This document shows, in pieces, positions 44,806 through 45,766 of a DNA stretch of 45,766 bases; positions within the stretch are counted from its first letter, which is position 1, and the number at the start of each line of letters is the position of its first letter. The position numbers and the translations under genes are program-made. The notes under the pieces are model-generated. The model was not told where the DNA came from. It was given only the letters and a program-made list of their open reading frames with translations, and made no database searches. The DNA is from a virus (taxonomy: Duplodnaviria > Caudoviricetes). Location: the IMG/VR virus record IMGVR_UViG_3300020554_000012, positions 1-45,766 of that record. One strand, given 5' to 3'.

Positions 44806-44877
44806 TGGCCACTAGCTCAATGGCAGAGCAACCGCCTGTTAAGCGGTAGGTTCTTGGTTCGAGTCCAAGGTGGCCAG
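44806..44877 (+). tRNA. tRNA-Asn (GTT), CCA not encoded
   Basis: Acceptor TGGCCAC/GTGGCCA, D arm GCTC/GAGC, anticodon arm ACCGC-CTGTTAA-GCGGT, T arm CTTGG-TTCGAGT-CCAAG, discriminator G. Confidence 0.95.
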
Positions 44878-44889
44878 CGGAAGGGAAAC

Positions 44890-45186
44890 ATGTATAACAC
44901 AACACGAGCAACAGATTTATATAAAGAACTAACAGAACGCATTAGGGAACAGGGTGGGGTGCCCTGCGAGAATGCACCAGATATGTTTTTTATCGATCAT
45001 TCTGATAAGTTGATTCGAGAAAAAATTAGAACAACAAAAATATTGTGCGGTGGCTGCCCACTGAAGAATCTGTGTCTAGAGTATGCTTTGGAAGCAAGCG
45101 AACAAGATGGTATATGGGGCGGTCTGACCAGACCAGAGCGCAACTCACTTAAAAGAGGCAGGGCTATCCGTGAAAGACTTCATTGA
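44890..45186 (+). CDS. whiB: WhiB family Fe-S transcription factor
   Basis: C...PDMFF...CGGCPLKNLCLEYAL...GIWGGLT..ER. Confidence 0.93.
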   Translation: MYNTTRATDLYKELTERIREQGGVPCENAPDMFFIDHSDKLIREKIRTTKILCGGCPLKNLCLEYALEASEQDGIWGGLTRPERNSLKRGRAIRERLH

Positions 45187-45766
45187 GAAGGTGCTCGGTA
45201 CGTCTTCCGGCAACGCCTTCGTCAGTCGAGCTAGCGGTAAAACCGCGAACGGGAAACTCAACGTCAACATTCATAAAACATTTTTATATCCTAAACAGAT
45301 TAAGGAGATGATTGAGTATGCAGAGCAGCATTCGACAGAAGATGTCTACCTTTCGCCTTTACTTTATGGTGACAAAAGAAACGACAAAGGTAATATTGCT
45401 CGCACTCCTGAGAATGCGCTAAGTTCCAGGACTATCTACATGGACTCGGACTTGTGTACACCAGACAAGTTCAGGCTCAAGCCCTCTATCCACGTTGTCA
45501 CCTCGCGTGGTCGTGGCCATGACTACTGGTTGCTCGATGAGCCGGTCGATGCCAAGCGCGCTGCTGAAGTTGCGCACAAGATTACTACGGCGCACAAGGA
45601 CGACGGGTGCGATCCATCTGGATGGTCGGCCAACAAGGTTCTAAGACTTCCGAATACCGTCAACACTAGCCACGGGTTCCCCGAGTCCGTTGTCGCCGAG
45701 TACACCGGAATTGTGTACAACATTATGGACATAGAAGGAGCATACGATGACGTCGAAATTGTGGAG
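45170..45766 (+). CDS. N-terminal RepB-like (AEP-superfamily) primase domain of the primase-helicase; continues at position 1
   Basis: IYMDSD, VTSRGRGHDYW and VLRLPNTVN motifs; GTG 45170; absent from the ORF track because no stop occurs before the window end. Confidence 0.85.
   Translation, partial: MKDFIEKVLGTSSGNAFVSRASGKTANGKLNVNIHKTFLYPKQIKEMIEYAEQHSTEDVYLSPLLYGDKRNDKGNIARTPENALSSRTIYMDSDLCTPDKFRLKPSIHVVTSRGRGHDYWLLDEPVDAKRAAEVAHKITTAHKDDGCDPSGWSANKVLRLPNTVNTSHGFPESVVAEYTGIVYNIMDIEGAYDDVEIVE
45702..45766. repeat. Terminal overlap with 1-65
   Basis: 61/65 identity. Confidence 0.95.

Noticed and set aside
44854-44889. Longer WhiB start
   Set aside because: Lies inside the tRNA; ATG 44890 has an AAGGG RBS.
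1-45766. Stop-codon recoding or lysogeny module
   Set aside because: Core genes are intact in the standard code with all three stops used; no integrase, repressor or parAB recognised.

Overview
This window is an apparently complete, circularly permuted genome (about 45,701 bp, with a 65-nt end overlap carrying 4 mismatches) of a long-tailed (siphovirus-type) phage. The host is probably actinobacterial, judged from two WhiB proteins, an r1t-type holin and many leaderless promoters. No integrase, repressor or DNA polymerase is recognisable, so it is probably lytic. The minus strand (about 3.97-31.8 kb) carries terS, terL, portal, protease/scaffold, cement and major capsid, then four glycosyltransferases (one on the plus strand), head-tail genes, two tail-tube paralogues, a frameshifted tail chaperone, tape measure, tail tip/fibres and lysis genes. 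The plus strand (31.8-45.7 kb, continuing through 1-3.9 kb) carries a repeat-rich control region, a chain of small early genes, three DNA methyltransferases, helicase, a Zn-finger-WhiB fusion, ERF, an exonuclease, SSB, tRNA-Asn, WhiB, a primase-helicase spanning the window ends, and a RuvC-like nuclease. The most notable observations are: (i) a ~77-nt candidate sRNA with its own promoter, terminator and anti-Shine-Dalgarno loops; (ii) a structured candidate RNA between terL and portal; (iii) a HiPIP-like 4-Cys domain inside the capsid protease/scaffold, plus two stand-alone modules that I recall as normally fused to head proteins; (iv) a four-glycosyltransferase cassette after the capsid gene; (v) a fixed-spacing array of MtrA/GlnR-like box + WhiA-like box + -35 modules, mostly lacking a -10; (vi) Cys-rich micropeptides, one resembling the ribonucleotide reductase C-terminal redox tail; (vii) a leaderless promoter in front of many late genes. 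Family assignments come from motifs read by eye; no database searches were run.
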